Source of the DNA: Eledone cirrhosa
Lineage: Eukaryota
Direction: 5' to 3'
Assembly (NCBI GenBank): GCA_964016885.1
Contig: OZ024756.1
Span: forward strand, 8,618,001 to 8,682,000
DNA length: 64,000 nt
Position numbers and translations under genes: made by a program. Shown here piece by piece: positions 1 to 13,178 of the stretch. Every line of letters starts with the position of its first letter. The first letter of the stretch is position 1. The notes beneath the pieces were generated by a model, which was not told the DNA's origin, made no database searches, and saw only the letters and a program-made list of their open reading frames with translations.

Positions 1-128
1 GCCACTCATACTGATATTAGGGTATTGTTCTCAAAATAAATATCAAAATCTCATAGATGCGATATTATGTGAGATAATTATGTGAAAATAATAGTAAATA
101 TAGAGTAATATAGATGCTAAAGGGTTAA
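1..128 (+). mobile_element. Right part of piggyBac-type MITE (TTAA/CCCTTT family)
   Basis: Shares body sequence with the complete copy at 33411-33631 and ends ATGCTAAAGGG-TTAA. Confidence 0.6.
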
Positions 129-470
129 GCTTTGTAGTGGAATAGTATTTATTGATGGATGAAGTGTTTTCTAGCTGTGAAAATATAGGGCTAATCTCTG
201 TGCCCCTATGTTGAGGATGTGTGTTTTTCCAGAAGAGAATCACATATTTGTTGGTGAAGCCCATGCCAAGAGAAAATTCCATTTGTGGGTGATACCCCAG
301 CAATGAAAGCAACCATGAGAGTCCTCATTGCTCTATAACTGACAACAACAATGAAGGTAAGGTGAATATGATCTATTACCTAAACTAGATGTACACCAGG
401 TGTCAATGATAAACTGTAATATAAAAATGTACCCCTTGTATCATAAGCAAGAAACACACATGTTAATGTA

Positions 471-820
471 TCATCATTTCATTTTTCATCATTTCATTTT
501 ACGTCCACTTTTTCCCTGCTTGCAAGGGTGGGACGGGAACTGATTCTGGCTTGATTTCTACAGCTGGATGCCCTTCCTAACACCAACCTCATTTACAGTG
601 AGTGCTGGGTGCTTTTTTGCCATGGCACCTCTACGACCACTTTGCAGTGGAATGATATGGACCCCAGTCCCTATCATCTCATTTCTACAGCTGAGTAAAC
701 TGGAGCAATGTGAAATAAAGTGTCTTGCTCAAGGAAACAACACATCACCCGGTCTGAGAATTGAACTCACAACCTTTCAATTGCAAGGCCAATGCTCTAA
801 CCACTAAGCCATGTGCCTCC
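471..820 (-). mobile_element. tRNA-derived SINE family A
   Basis: Reverse complement of the 1073-1398 copy; A/B boxes; RTE-like (ATG)n tail. Confidence 0.85.
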
Positions 821-1072
821 TATGTATATAATTAATGTATACTTGTGTATGAATGGCTTAGTAGTTAGAGCATCTAGCTTACAATCATGAGGTTGTGAGT
901 TTGATTCATATACACACACATATATACAATATAATGTATAAATAAATGATGCCAGGTATCTCTATTGGAAGGTTTTGTTAAATTTAAACATGCTACCTTT
1001 TGTAACTAATTGTTTTTACGTTCTTTGGAAATTATCTGTTAATGTTTCATATATTTATATACATATATATAT

Positions 1073-1398
1073 GGAGGCACATGGCTTAGTGGTTAGAGCA
1101 TTGGCCTTGCAATCGAAAGGTTGTGAGTTCAATTCTCAGACTGGGTGATGTGTAGTTTCCTTGAGCAAGACACTTTATTTCACATTGCTCCAGTTTACTC
1201 AGCTGTAGAAATGAGATGATAGGACTGGGGTCCATATCATTCCACTGCAAAGTGGTCGTGGAGGTGCCATGGTAAAAAAGCACCCAGCACTCACTGTTAG
1301 GAAGAGCATCCAACTGTAGAAATCAAGCCAGAATCAGTTCCTGTCCCACTCTTGCAAGCAGGGAAAAGCAGACGTAAAATGAAATGATGATGATGATG
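1073..1398 (+). mobile_element. tRNA-derived SINE family A
   Basis: Head GGAGGCACATGGCTTAGTGGTTAGAGC (A box) and GAGTTCAATTC (B box); CCTTGAGCAAGACACTT central motif; (ATG)n tail; near-identical copies at 471-820 and 49172-49515. Confidence 0.85.
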
Positions 1399-4300
1399 TC
1401 ATCATCATCATCATCATCAACGTTTAACGTCTATCTTGGATTTAGACGAGAATTGTCCCACTTGAGGCAAGATTGGTCGTCTCGCTCGTATGGGACTGTC
1501 TGCTTCCATGTTTGGAATTTCTATGGCTGGATGCCCACCAACCATGTTTACAGTGTGGACTGGGAGGTTTTTACCGTGTTACCTACACAGCCACATTACA
1601 GCGTGGACTGTGTGTTTTTTTGTCGTGACACTTATACGACCTCATTTATTTAGGACTGGATGATGTGGTACCAACATAGAGAAAGGGGTGGGGGAGTTGT
1701 GTTAGTGGGATGGGGGTGTATATTTGATTAAGAGGTACCTACTGACTGTAGGTTTCGCTTTGTACTTAGGCAAGGCGGGTCTTCTATATTACTGCGTAGC
1801 GCCAAAGATCTCGGTCCAGTGACATTGTCTTAGAGAGGTGTAAGTGTGTAAGGTCGGAATTTATCAAATCTCCCAGGTTTTTCTGGGTCTACCTACTCCG
1901 TAACTTCCATCAATTTTGATCGCCCTGCACTTTTTTATACAGCTGTCGTCTTTCATACGCATCACGTGACCATACCAGCGTAGTCTTCTCTCGAGTAAAC
2001 AGTGTCTGATCCCTCTTATACCTAATTTCTCACTTAGTTTATTTATGCTTTGCTGTTCACGTATATTACTATTGCACATCCAGCGGAGCATGCATGCTTC
2101 GTTCCTCTCCAGTCTGCGCAGATCCTCTGCACACAAAGCCCATGTCTCACTGCCATGTAACATAGCTGTTCGTATGCAGGCATCATACAGTCTGCCTTTC
2201 ATTTTTAGAGAGAAACCTTTAGCGGCCAATAGTGGTATAAGCTGTCTGAACTTTTTCCATCCCGTTCTGACTCTGGCTACTGTACTTTCAGAACACCCTC
2301 CACCACTGCTGATTTTGTCATCCAGGTAACGGAAGGTGTCCACTATTTCTATAGAGCCATCTGGGCAATAGAAGGAACTAGTATCCTGTGGACACTTGCT
2401 ACCTATTGCACCTGAGCACCAGCCACATATAAAATCTATATTCTTAGTTAGCTTACCTGCGATCCAACTACATCTTTTATGCACCCATACTTTGCATTTG
2501 GGACATAAAATGGAATTTCTGCCTACTCCTTTCCTACACAATGAGCATGGCCATTTCCCTGAGGGCACCTGTGCCCTAGTTTCCTTTCTACATACTAGAA
2601 CTTTAGTCTTAGACAGGTTAACTTTAAGGCCTTTTGATTCTAGGCCATGCTTCCATGTTTGGAATTTCTTCTCTAGTTCAGCCATTGATTCAGCTATGAG
2701 CGTTAGATCATCTGCATATAGAAGTTCCCATGGGCAGCCGGTCTTGAACTCCACTGTTATAGCCTGAAGGGCAATAATAAATAGTAGGGGGCTAAGGATG
2801 GAGCCCTGATGAACACCAACTTTTACGCTAAATTCTTCACTATATTCATTGTTAATTCTAACCTTGCTGACTGTTTCTTTATACATGGCTTGTATAGCTC
2901 TCACAAGCCATTCATCAACCCCTAGTTTTCTAAGGGTCCACCAGATAATGGAGCGGGGGACTCTGTCAAAGGCTTTCTCCAAGTCAACAAAAGCTAAGTA
3001 TAGGGGTTTACTTTTAGCAAGGTACTTCTCCTGTAGTTGTCGTACAAGGAAAAGGGCGCCTGTGGTACTTTTACCTGACACAAACCCAAACTGCATTTCA
3101 TCTAGATCAATTCGCTCTCTGATTAGTTGCGCTATTACTTTTTCTGTGACCTTCATGACCTGGTCAATTAATTTAATGCCTCTATAGTTTCCCCTATCTA
3201 GGGCATCTCCTTTACCCTTGTAGCAGTTAATGATGATGCTGCTAGACCAGTCATTTGGTATGACCCCATTCTGTATGACTTGGTTTACTATCCGGGTGAC
3301 CATAGTGTGTCCCACCGATCCAGATGCTTTCAGCAACTATCTCCGAAGGCCCAGCTGCCTTGCCTGTCTTCATATCTTTGATTGCCTTACTTATTATACT
3401 ACCTCCAACTTGCACCGCTGGTCCCTCTATTGGATCGATGTGGGGCAGACTATCTTTTTCCCATTTATTCTCCTCATTTAGTAGTCTCTCGTAGTGACAC
3501 TTCCAAGCTATCTTCTTATCAGTATCAGTGAGGGCAAGTACACCAGCATCATTACGGACACACTTCTCCCCGACAATATCATGGTTTTCCTTGAGACATT
3601 ACCTAGCAATCCTGAACACCACGTTTTAGAACATGCTTGAACTTTCTTTCCTCTGCTTCCCTTTTTGCAAAGTACACTTGTCTCCTAGGTTCCCTCCTGG
3701 CCACTTGATAGTGTTCTCTACTTCCCCCATCCTGCCATACTTTCCAAGCCTGCTTTTTGGCCTTGATTGTCTCCTCCACCTTACTGTTCCACCACCAAGT
3801 TACTCTCCTCCTGCCAATAGGTCTGCTCCAGCCACAGATTTCATCTGTCGCCTTCAGCAGGTTAACTTTCAGGAATTCCCACTGTTCCTCTATATTGTAC
3901 GTCTCTAATTGCTCTTCCTTACTGTCAAAAGCATCAAGTAATATGCTTTTAAATTTGTTACTGGCTGTGGGGTCCTTTAACTTCCATATTCTTCTCTTCA
4001 AGGTAGTCCTCCTCTGTTGTCGAGTACGTCTCGTCCTGACTATGAGGTCACAAACTGTGAGGCTATGTTGGGAGGTGCATTCTTCACGGGGGAGGGATTT
4101 AGTGTTTACAACAGACACTCTGTCACGTCTTCTGGTAAGGATATAATCTATCTGACTGGCGTGTTCCCCTGATCTATAGGTGATCAAGTGATTGTCTCGT
4201 TTTTTGAAGTTTGTGTTACAGATAGTTAGGTTATTAGCATCACAGAGTTCCAGGACTCTGAAGCCTTCCTCATTTCTAGTACCAAACCCATAAACTCCAT

Positions 4301-4600
4301 GGATTCCGTCATAGCCGTCACAATGTTGTCCAACATGACCATTTAGGTCACTAGCAATAATTATGTAATCACTGTCGGTTATTTGGGAGGTAGTGAGCAT
4401 TAGCGACTCATAGAATCTGTCTTTTATAATGGCAGGCAGTCCAGATTAGGGTGCATACGCGGATATTATTGTCACAGAAGTTCTATTTAGGACAAGTCTT
4501 ATTTTAATAATTCTGTCGTTCACTCTATTTACGTCAATTACCTTATCTACCCATTTTTCTGCTAACATAATTCCACCCAGCCCATTGTCATTTCCCATCC
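1399..4600 (-). mobile_element. RTE-clade LINE, 5'-truncated, frameshifted (APE + RT + PHD-like insert)
   Basis: ORF 3603-4400 has APE motifs (DLNGHVG, QIDYIL, SQH); ORF 1864-3336 has NYRGIKL, FVDLEKAFD, GVHQGS, LYADD, RRLRWYGHV, GRPRKTW; (ATG)n tail. Confidence 0.92.
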
Positions 4601-4839
4601 AATTTCAATCGTTTTATAATAAATGCTCAGATTATTCCTTAGAATCTTTGTTGGAGCTTCTACAGGTGGTATGGCACATGTCTGAGATTTTCTCCGACAT
4701 GACATCTTTATGTAGTTGATTGACTTGGTAGAAATAGCAGTCACATCTCAAATTGTATCTTACCATCTTAAACAGTAAGGGCTTTATATACGGTAGTTCT
4801 AGATACATCGAAAATGATGGCATACTCACAGCTGGGACA

Positions 4840-5012
4840 TATTTAAACTGGCTGTCTCACCTGTTTCTGTTCAAACTGATCACTCATACCGACGTTAAGG
4901 TATTGTTCTCAAAATAAATATAAAAATCTCATAGATTCGATATTATATGAGACAATTATGTAATAAAGCCTTTACTATGAAAATGCAATAGCAAATATAG
5001 AGTAATGTAAGT
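4840..5012 (+). mobile_element. Partial piggyBac-type MITE
   Basis: Matches the body of the 33411-33631 and 52523-53607 elements. Confidence 0.55.
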
Positions 5013-6568
5013 TAACCCTTTCATTACTATATTGAAAATTAATGCAAGCATTAATTTTCAAGAAATTAATTTTGAGGGATTTTGTATTATAAGTAATTTT
5101 ATTCTTAAGTTGGGGTTTGGAACATTGCTCAACAAAAGTTCTTAATTGAAATTATGATGGAAGGTTTTTCGATAAATATAAACATTTTAAAATAAAAAGT
5201 TCTGAATCATACGATCCTGTGCTTTACCAAGTGTATTTTATTGTGACACCAACACTAGGGAAGTTATCATATCGTTGACACAGCCAAAAAGTCCTCCAGA
5301 CCCTTTGTTTGGCAGGGTTTATATGGCTGGGTTCCTTTCCTATTACCAACCACTACAGAGTGTACTGGGTGTGTTTATCATGTACTCCACCAACACTAGA
5401 GGGGTGTTCATGTCTTGGTCACAGCTGAAGAGTCCCCCTCTTTGGCAGGGATTCTATGGCTGGGTACCTCTCCTATCACCAACTACTATAGAGTGTATTG
5501 GATGCATCTTCGATGGATCATATGAAAACGCACCTCTTAGCCAGTTTATTCTGCTTTGAATACTCCATTGTGCTCGTTGAGTTTGCATCACAACTCTCAT
5601 TGCCTCTTGGTCATTTTCATATTGAAATTCTGTTTGTTGCAAAAGTCTTTCTTCTTGCCTTAATCTTTTTGTTTCCTGTCTCAGGTTCTGTTCACTTTCA
5701 GAAAGTTGCGATCATCTTTGTTTCCCCGTCTCATATTCTGCTGAATGTCACAATGTTGATGTGCCACTTTATTCCCAAGTCTTTTTTTATATTGTTCATG
5801 AGTTTCTCTTTCGCTTGAAGATTTCAACCGTTTGGCGGACATTATAACTTCCCCGATAGATGAGCAGTGTTTTGGTGACATGATGAAATTAATTTTCTTG
5901 AAATAAATGCAGATAGCAGCCTTAGAGAATAGGTTGACACTCTATCATCTGAATTAGGTCAATAATAATATATGACACTATCCTCAAAAAGCTAAATTAA
6001 TATACACCGTAGATTAATTTCAAATAGTATCAATTTTTTGTGTGTTCTATAAAATCAAAAACTGGTGTAAAACGACTTATAAAAGCTAACGCCATATTGT
6101 TAAACATTCAACTGATACTTTGATCAATAGTTTAAGACGATTGTAGACTTTTGTGGCACATCACACACACATACAAGCACACAGAAACAAACATACAGCG
6201 TCTCTCTTTCACTTTCTCTGCTAATAGTCACTTTCGTCCCCCTCCTTTCCTATACAATAGCGTAGTGTCACACAGTTATACATACAGCCTCTCTCTCAAT
6301 GTGCGGTCTCTTTCAATTTCTTTTACTCTGCTACAAACTTCTCTCTCTCTGTTACTTTCTCAACTTCCCCTTTCTTTTTCTGTGTTTCTCTCTCTCTCTG
6401 TCACACACATATTCTCTCTCACCCTCTGTAACTCTTCCTCTCTTTTAGTCTCTTTCTTTCATTCTCTCTCTCTCTTTCTTCCCCTCTCACTCACTCATTG
6501 GCATTAGAGATGCCACAAAACAATCAAGAATGCTCAGATCTCCCTCTCTCGTTATATATATATATATG

Positions 6569-7150
6569 TGTACAGCCACCGGAAATAACATCTGTGAAAT
6601 AAACAGCTCCATCTATCTACTTAGCTAGCTACCTCACCGTGAAACAAACAACCCTTAAAGCCACCAGAATAAAATGCCTACGCAGCGGCTAAACATCAAA
6701 CTATTATTTTTGTATAAATAGAGTGATTCCAAACACTTTCACCAGTCAACCTTTGGCAGAGTCAGCTCGCGTATCATTGTTCCTCTCCTCTGCCACACTT
6801 GTCACTCACACACGCCTTGTACCTTGTATCGTCGCTTCATGTGAAAATAAATAGCTGACCGAAACTACATCTCTCGCCTTGCTCGTCCTTTCAACTTGTG
6901 CTTTCGTCTGTTCATCCTTACCTTATGTGATAACAGTTCTTTTAAGGGCTATCTTCAGATCCGATCAGACCATATGTGATAACAGTCCTTTTAAGGGCTA
7001 TCCTCAGATCCGATCAGACCATATGTGATAACAGTCCTTTTAAGGGCTACCCTCAGATCTGATCAGACCGTATGCGATAACAGTCCTTTTAAGGGCTATT
7101 CTCGGATCTGATCAGAAGTAGTGACCAGACTGACTAACCACGTCGCTACA
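6569..7150 (+). repeat. 5' LTR (582 bp, four 49-bp internal units)
   Basis: Direct repeat of 12046-12529; starts TGTACAGCC, ends GCTACA. Confidence 0.95.
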
Positions 7151-7152
7151 AT

Positions 7153-7184
7153 TGGTGACCCCGACGTGATTCGAACACGCAACC
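7153..7184 (+). promoter_or_regulatory. Primer binding site complementary to tRNA-Trp 3' end (32 nt)
   Basis: TGGTGACCCCGACGTGATTCGAACACGCAACC, 2 nt after the LTR; complement of metazoan tRNA-Trp ...GGTTGCGTGTTCGAATCACGTCGGGGTCACCA as recalled. Confidence 0.9.
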
Positions 7185-7210
7185 AGACAGCAGCCTAAGA
7201 AGATACCAAC

Positions 7211-10200
7211 ATGGACATGTCACAACCAACGACAGAGGCCGAGATACCAACCACACAAGCGGCTTTAACATTGAAAGTCCCTGTTTTTTGGTCCAACGAC
7301 CCGACTCTGTGGTTCGCTCACATAGAAGCACAATTTGCCGCTAACAGAATTAAGAGCGATTCTGCAAAGCTCACCTACATCATTGGGTCTGTCCCACCAA
7401 AAGTCTTGGCTGAGGTGAGGTACCTCGTCATGGCACGGTGTCATATGAATCATTTCGCAAAGAATTGATCAAGCGAACGACCGCGTCACAGCAGAGACGA
7501 CTCAACCAACTCGTGTCTGCGGAAGAATTGGGGGACAGAAAACCGTCCCAACTATTGCGAAAGATGAGACAGCTGATGGAGGACCAGCCACTTTCAGAAG
7601 ATCTGCTGAAACGGCTTGTTTAATCACCGCTTGCCCTTATCAATGCAGGGCATTCTGGCGTCGACCAACGAGTCAGCAACCCCGGAAGAACTGGCGAGTG
7701 TCGCGGATAAGATCGCTGAGGTGTCAAACCCTTTTGCCTCAGTGGCACAAGTTGATTGTCGGACGAACCCTTACGTAGCGTCCTCGGACTCCACCTCTGA
7801 GATTTCAGAGCTGCGGGCTATGATCAGAGAGCAGGCTGGTCAAATTAAAGCCCTCTCAAACCAATTAGAGAACCTGATCTTTCAAACACACTGGCCCTTT
7901 CACCGTCGAAGATCCAGAAGTCCCAGTCAAAATCGTGTGTCTGGCAACCTCTGCTGGTATCACACAGAATTCGGCGCACAGGCATCTAAGTGTAGGGCCC
8001 CGTGCTCTTTCCAGAATACCACCCAGGGAAACAGGCAGACCAGGGCCTAGCGACGCCGTTCACCCCTGGTACTGAGAAGAAAAGTCGTCTGTTTTTTATC
8101 AACGACCAAGCGACAGGCATCCGTTACCTCGTGGATACAGGAGCCCAGGTTAGTGTTATTTCTGTTTCACTAGTCTCAGGCAAAAGACACCCAACACCGT
8201 CCTTTCTGCAGGCAGTGAACCGATCGTCAATTCCGACTTTCGGGGAAAAATCACTGACCCTCAATTTAGGCCTGAGGCAGCGTTTTCAATGGGTGTTCGT
8301 CGTGGCAGACCTGCCGACCCCTATCTTAGGAGCCGATTTTCTCCACCACTTCAACCTTCTGGTGGACATGAAGAATCGGAGGCTTATTGACACCACCACA
8401 AACCTCACTGTGAGAGGTATATTTACCACGCAATCCACAGTGAGCCCTGTAATTTGCCAGTCAGAGCCTTCGTGTTACAACTGCATTCTCCAGAAATACC
8501 CAGACATCACTCGCCCGGTATTTAAGCATGGACCTATTAAGCATAGTGTCACACATCACATCGAGACAAGAGAACCACCCACAGCTGCCCGACCAAGGAG
8601 ACTGCTTCCAGACCGATTGAGAATCGCCAAACAGGAGTTTCTACACATGCTGGACCTTGGAATCATTCGCCCTTCCTCTAGCAACTGGTCTGCACCCCTA
8701 CACCTTGTTCGTAAAAAAACCGAGAATGATTGGCGACCATGTGAGGATTATCGTGCACTCAACAATTCCACAGTACCCGATAATTACCCTGTACCTCACT
8801 TGCATGACTTTTCTGCCTCTCTGCAAGCCGCATGCATCTTTTCCAAGATAGATTTGGTACGGACATATAACCAGATACCTATGGAGCCTGCAGATATTCC
8901 AAAGACCGCAATCACAACACCATTCAGTTTATTTGAATTCCTGCGAATGCTGTTCAGTCTGCGCAATGCTGCAGAAACTTTTCAGCGGTTTATTGACACC
9001 ATGTTACATGATCTACCCTTTGTATATGCATATATCGACGACGTGCTAGTAGCAAGTACTTCCGAGCAAGAACACGAGAAGCACTTAGATCTTCTTTTCC
9101 AACGTTTGGCCGAGTACGGTATCATCATCAACCCCAGCAAGTGCCTTCTCGGTGTTCCTTCACTGACCTTTCTCGGGCACATCATTGATAAAGACGGCAT
9201 TTGTCCACTTCCTGAGAAAGTAGAAGCTATCCACAATTTTCCCGCACCTACATCACTTCGGAAACTGCGTGAATTCCTAGGGTTTGGTGAATTTTTATAG
9301 GCGTTTCATCCCTCATTGTGCCGATGCAGCCAGACTCCTCACGGACCTTCTTCGCAACTGGACTCGCAAAAACGAAGACATCACTCTGAACGAGGAAGAA
9401 TTAACATCTTTTAACCACCTAAATTTTGGCAAATGCTTCCATGCTCGTTTTCCCCAGATATGGCGTTCCTCTTTCGCTGCTAGTGGATGCATCAGACACG
9501 GGGGTTGGAAGCGTTTTACAACAATATGTCAACAGCGTTTGGCAACCCTTATCCTTCTTTTCTAAGTGGTTGCAACCAGCAGAAACCAAATACAGTACGT
9601 TTGGCCACAAACTCTTGGCAACCTACCTTTCGGTTAAACATTTTCATCACATGCTCGAAGGATCGGATTTTGCGATCTACACGGACCATAAACCACTAGT
9701 TTATGTGTTCCGTACCAAACCTGATCTACATTCACCGAGAGAACTCTGCCATCTGGATTTTGTCTCCCAATATTCAACTGATATTCGGCATATCAAGGGA
9801 TCAGACAACGTAGCAGCTGACGCCCTGTCCCGAATCTAGCTGAATGCAATACATGTGCATTCAGGCATCGACCTTCAACAGATCGCAGCTGACCAAGAGA
9901 CTGACAAAGAGTTTATCAAGCTCCGAGATTCGCCATCCCTCAAGTTTCAGCAAGTTCCCATTCCTTCTTCTCCGGGACAAATTTGGTGCGACCTTTCTAC
10001 CGGTCATGAACGACCATACATACCACAGATGCATCGTCGACAAGTTTTTTCTGCTTTACACTGCTTGTCTCACCCGGGAATCTGGGCTACACAGAAACTC
10101 ATCTCTGCTTGTTTTGTGTGGACTAAACGTTAACAAGGACGTGTGCGACTGGTCCAGGAGCTGCATTGCCTGCCAGAAAGCCAAAGTCCACAGACACATC

Positions 10201-11105
10201 AAAACTCTACTCGGCACATTCGTGCAACCTGATGCACGTTTTCATCATGTGCATATCAACATCGTCGGACCTCTACCACCATCACAGAACTGCACACACT
10301 TGCTCGTTTTTCCTGTTGGCCTGAGGCTTTTTCCATAAGTGATACCTCAGCGGAAACAGTCGCTAAAACTTTGGTTTTACACTGGGTATCACGTTATGGC
10401 GCCCCAGCGAAGATAACAACGGACAGAGGACGCCAGTTTGACTCCCACCTCTTCAGGGAACTGACTTGCCTGTTAGGATGTAAACACATCCGCATGACAG
10501 CTTATCACCCGCAAGCTAATGGTCTCGTGGAAAGATTCCATTGCCAATTGAAAGCTGCAATAAAAGCATATCCAGACAAGACTCACTGGTTTGAATACCT
10601 GCCACTCATCCTTCTGGACATTCGATCCACCGTTAAGGAGGAATTCGGACACACACCTGCAGAATTAGTGTACGCCACCACCCTGGTTCTACCTGGTCAG
10701 ATGGTTGCTCCCATCTCTCCTCAGGATGTTCCAGACCCAGGATCATACATACACCGTCTTCGACAATATATGTCTCACCTTGCTCCTGCAAGCACCCGTC
10801 AACAGAACACGGTCACACATGTACCTTCAGACATTAAAGATTGGACATATGTTTTCGTTCGAAACGACACCATCTCAGCTCATCTTCGACCTCCATATTC
10901 TGGCCCTTACCGTGTTCTAAAAAAATATCCGAAATATTTTATTCTCGATCTAGATGGTAAACAGAATTCTGTCAGTGTGGACAGATTAAAAAAAGCCATC
11001 ATGGATACTGTTACAGTCTCTACACCAGAAACTCCAACAGATTGCTGTCCCAGCAAGCCACCTGTTTCATCTCCAGTCACAAGAAGTGGACGACATGTCC
11101 ATTGA
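7211..11105 (+). pseudogene. Gypsy gag-pol, multiple frameshifts/stops
   Basis: Gag VFWSNDPTLWFAHIEAQF; protease LVDTGAQVS; RT YIDD; RNase H DAS...TDHKPL...ADALSR; integrase H..HPG/CxxC and TTDRGRQF. Confidence 0.93.
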
Positions 11106-12045
11106 CCCGCCAAGTTGGCACAATATGTGAATTACCGTTAACCTCAAGTGAGTTTCTTAATCATTCTTCTTGCAAAACATTTCCATTTCCTTGTGTTTAC
11201 TATTTCCAGTTTCAAATACAATGAACTTTCTGCTTGAACAATTGCAATTTTTAGTGACCATGTGCTCATGTCACGAAGAACATTATTTATTATGAACATT
11301 ATCTATTACAAACACTATTCAAGAACAAACATTGTGTATAGCATTTTCTTTTTCTTCTCTCTCTTGTTTTGCAAATTTTTTTTAATTTTTCTTGTTCTGC
11401 AATATTAATTGTGTAATTGCCATAATTTTTATATACATACAAGGTGTGTACATATTCTGTTTTTCATGCACACTACACAACCATGTTTGTTTCACCTACT
11501 GAGCAATAGATATTTTTGTCCCTCTAACTCTTACACTACAAAATGTTTTCTCTTTGATCACGCATTTCACAAATCGCATCCTCAAAACACTGGTCTTCTT
11601 TTTTCACGTACACATTCACTCAATAGCTTGAGAATGCCTCGCTATTTTTTATCACATGCATTCGCTCAAATCATATGCTTTGGAGCAAACTGTTACTTTT
11701 AGGCAGCATGCTTACGGCCATTCAGTTCACACATTACGGTTATTTTCACTGCCCTGTTAGACTTTTTGTCACAATTCACAGGCAGCTCAACCCAAATTGC
11801 AACAGGCTCATTCATCATGCCTGCATAAATCTGGTCAAAGTCATTTTATAGAGTTTTTTTTTTCTCTTCCCGACACACACATCTTGCCATATCATCTCTA
11901 CATCGACTGTCCTATACTCGATGATCACCAAACTTCACAACGTGCTGGACACACCTTGGGCTATTGTCATGACAAATGCACCACTGGCTCATTACTATAT
12001 GATATTTCGCTCTTTTGTTGTACAAAAGATCTGGCAGGGGGATAA

Positions 12046-12529
12046 TGTACAGCCACTGGAAATAACATCTGTGAAATAAACAGCTCCATCTATCTGCTTA
12101 GTTAGCTACCTCACCATGAAACAAACAACCCTTAAAGCCACCAGAATAAAATGCCTACGCAGCGGCTAAACATCAAACGATTATTTTTGTATAAATAGAG
12201 TGGTTCCAAACACTTTCACCAGTCAACCTTTGGCAGAGTCAGCTCGCGTATCATTGTTCCTCTCCTCTGCCACACTTGTCACTCACACACGCCTTGTACC
12301 TTGTATCGTCGCTTAATGTGAAAATAAATAGCTGATCGAAACTACATCTCTCGCCTTGCTCGTCCTTTCAACTTGTGCTTTCGTCTGTTCATCCTTACCT
12401 TATGTGACAACAGTTCTTTTAAGGGCTATCCTCAGATCCGATCAGACTGTATGCGATAACAGTCCTTCTAAGAGCTATTCTCAGATCTAATCAGAAGTAG
12501 TGACCAGACTGACTAACCACGTTGCTACA
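12046..12529 (+). repeat. 3' LTR (484 bp, two 49-bp internal units)
   Basis: Direct repeat of the 5' LTR, 98 bp shorter. Confidence 0.95.
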
Positions 12530-12772
12530 TATGTGTGCGTGTGTGAAAACCAGCGTTCATTGACATTCTCTCTCTCTATCTGAATATCTAACACTAATTG
12601 CATCTCTTTCTGTCTTTCCTTCTTTAGATGCGTGTGTATGTAAGTGTGATTAAACCAACCAACCAATAAACATATCTCTTTTATATTATTTATCGATACA
12701 TGAAATTCACATACATATATGTAAACAGCTATGTCGGAGCTAATATTATAATATATATATATATATATATAT

Positions 12773-12949
12773 AGTGAAGAGTTTAGCGTAAAAGTTGGTG
12801 TTCATCAGGGCTCCGTTCTTATCCCCCTACTATTTATTATTGCCCTTCAGGCTATAACAGAGGAGTTCAAGACCGGCTGCCCATGGGAACTCCTATATGC
12901 AGATGATCTAATGCTCATAGCTGAATCAATGGCTGAACTAGAGAAGAAA
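12773..12949 (+). mobile_element. Internal RT fragment of the same RTE family as 1399-4600
   Basis: Near-identical reverse complement of about 2664-2842 (GVHQGS...LYADDL). Confidence 0.85.
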
Positions 12950-12985
12950 ATAAACAACAACAACCACATGCCATTTATGTTACAG

Positions 12986-12991
12986 TTTATT
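12986..12991 (-). terminator. Putative polyadenylation signal of NDUFAF8-like gene
   Basis: AATAAA on the minus strand about 45 nt downstream of the predicted stop. Confidence 0.5.
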
Positions 12992-13035
12992 ACAAGGACC
13001 AGGTTTTTTACAAGTTGAATTCCTCAGCAACTTTA

Positions 13036-13047
13036 TCACTTCTTCAT
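13036..13047 (-). CDS. NDUFAF8: NDUFAF8-like, putative terminal coding exon 3 (MKK*)
   Basis: Acceptor TCTTTTCTTTAATTACAG, phase 0, then ATG AAG AAG TGA; resembles the xKK that follows the equivalent intron in vertebrate NDUFAF8 (recalled); followed by AATAAA. Confidence 0.6.
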   Translation of the reverse strand: MKK

Positions 13048-13178
13048 CTGTAATTAAAGAAAAGATATCTAGTCTATTAAAGAAAGTCAGATATTTTTTC
13101 TTTACACCTAAGAAAACAACATCATTAAGAAAGAAGTCTTCATCATTGTTGGGTTAATAAGACATTCAGACTATATTG

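Larger units (their letters stand above)
6569..12529 (+). mobile_element. Full-length Ty3/Gypsy LTR retrotransposon (decayed)
   Basis: TG...CA LTRs at 6569-7150 and 12046-12529; 4-bp TSD TATG; PBS; polypurine tract GGCAGGGGGATAA before the 3' LTR; gag-PR-RT-RH-IN order. Confidence 0.95.

Noticed and set aside
233-356. Exon-like segment with good acceptor and donor on the + strand
   Set aside because: Stops in all three frames and no recognisable product; a non-coding exon cannot be excluded
1073-1150. Possible tRNA gene
   Set aside because: A/B boxes belong to a SINE head continuing into SINE body; no convincing cloverleaf acceptor stem
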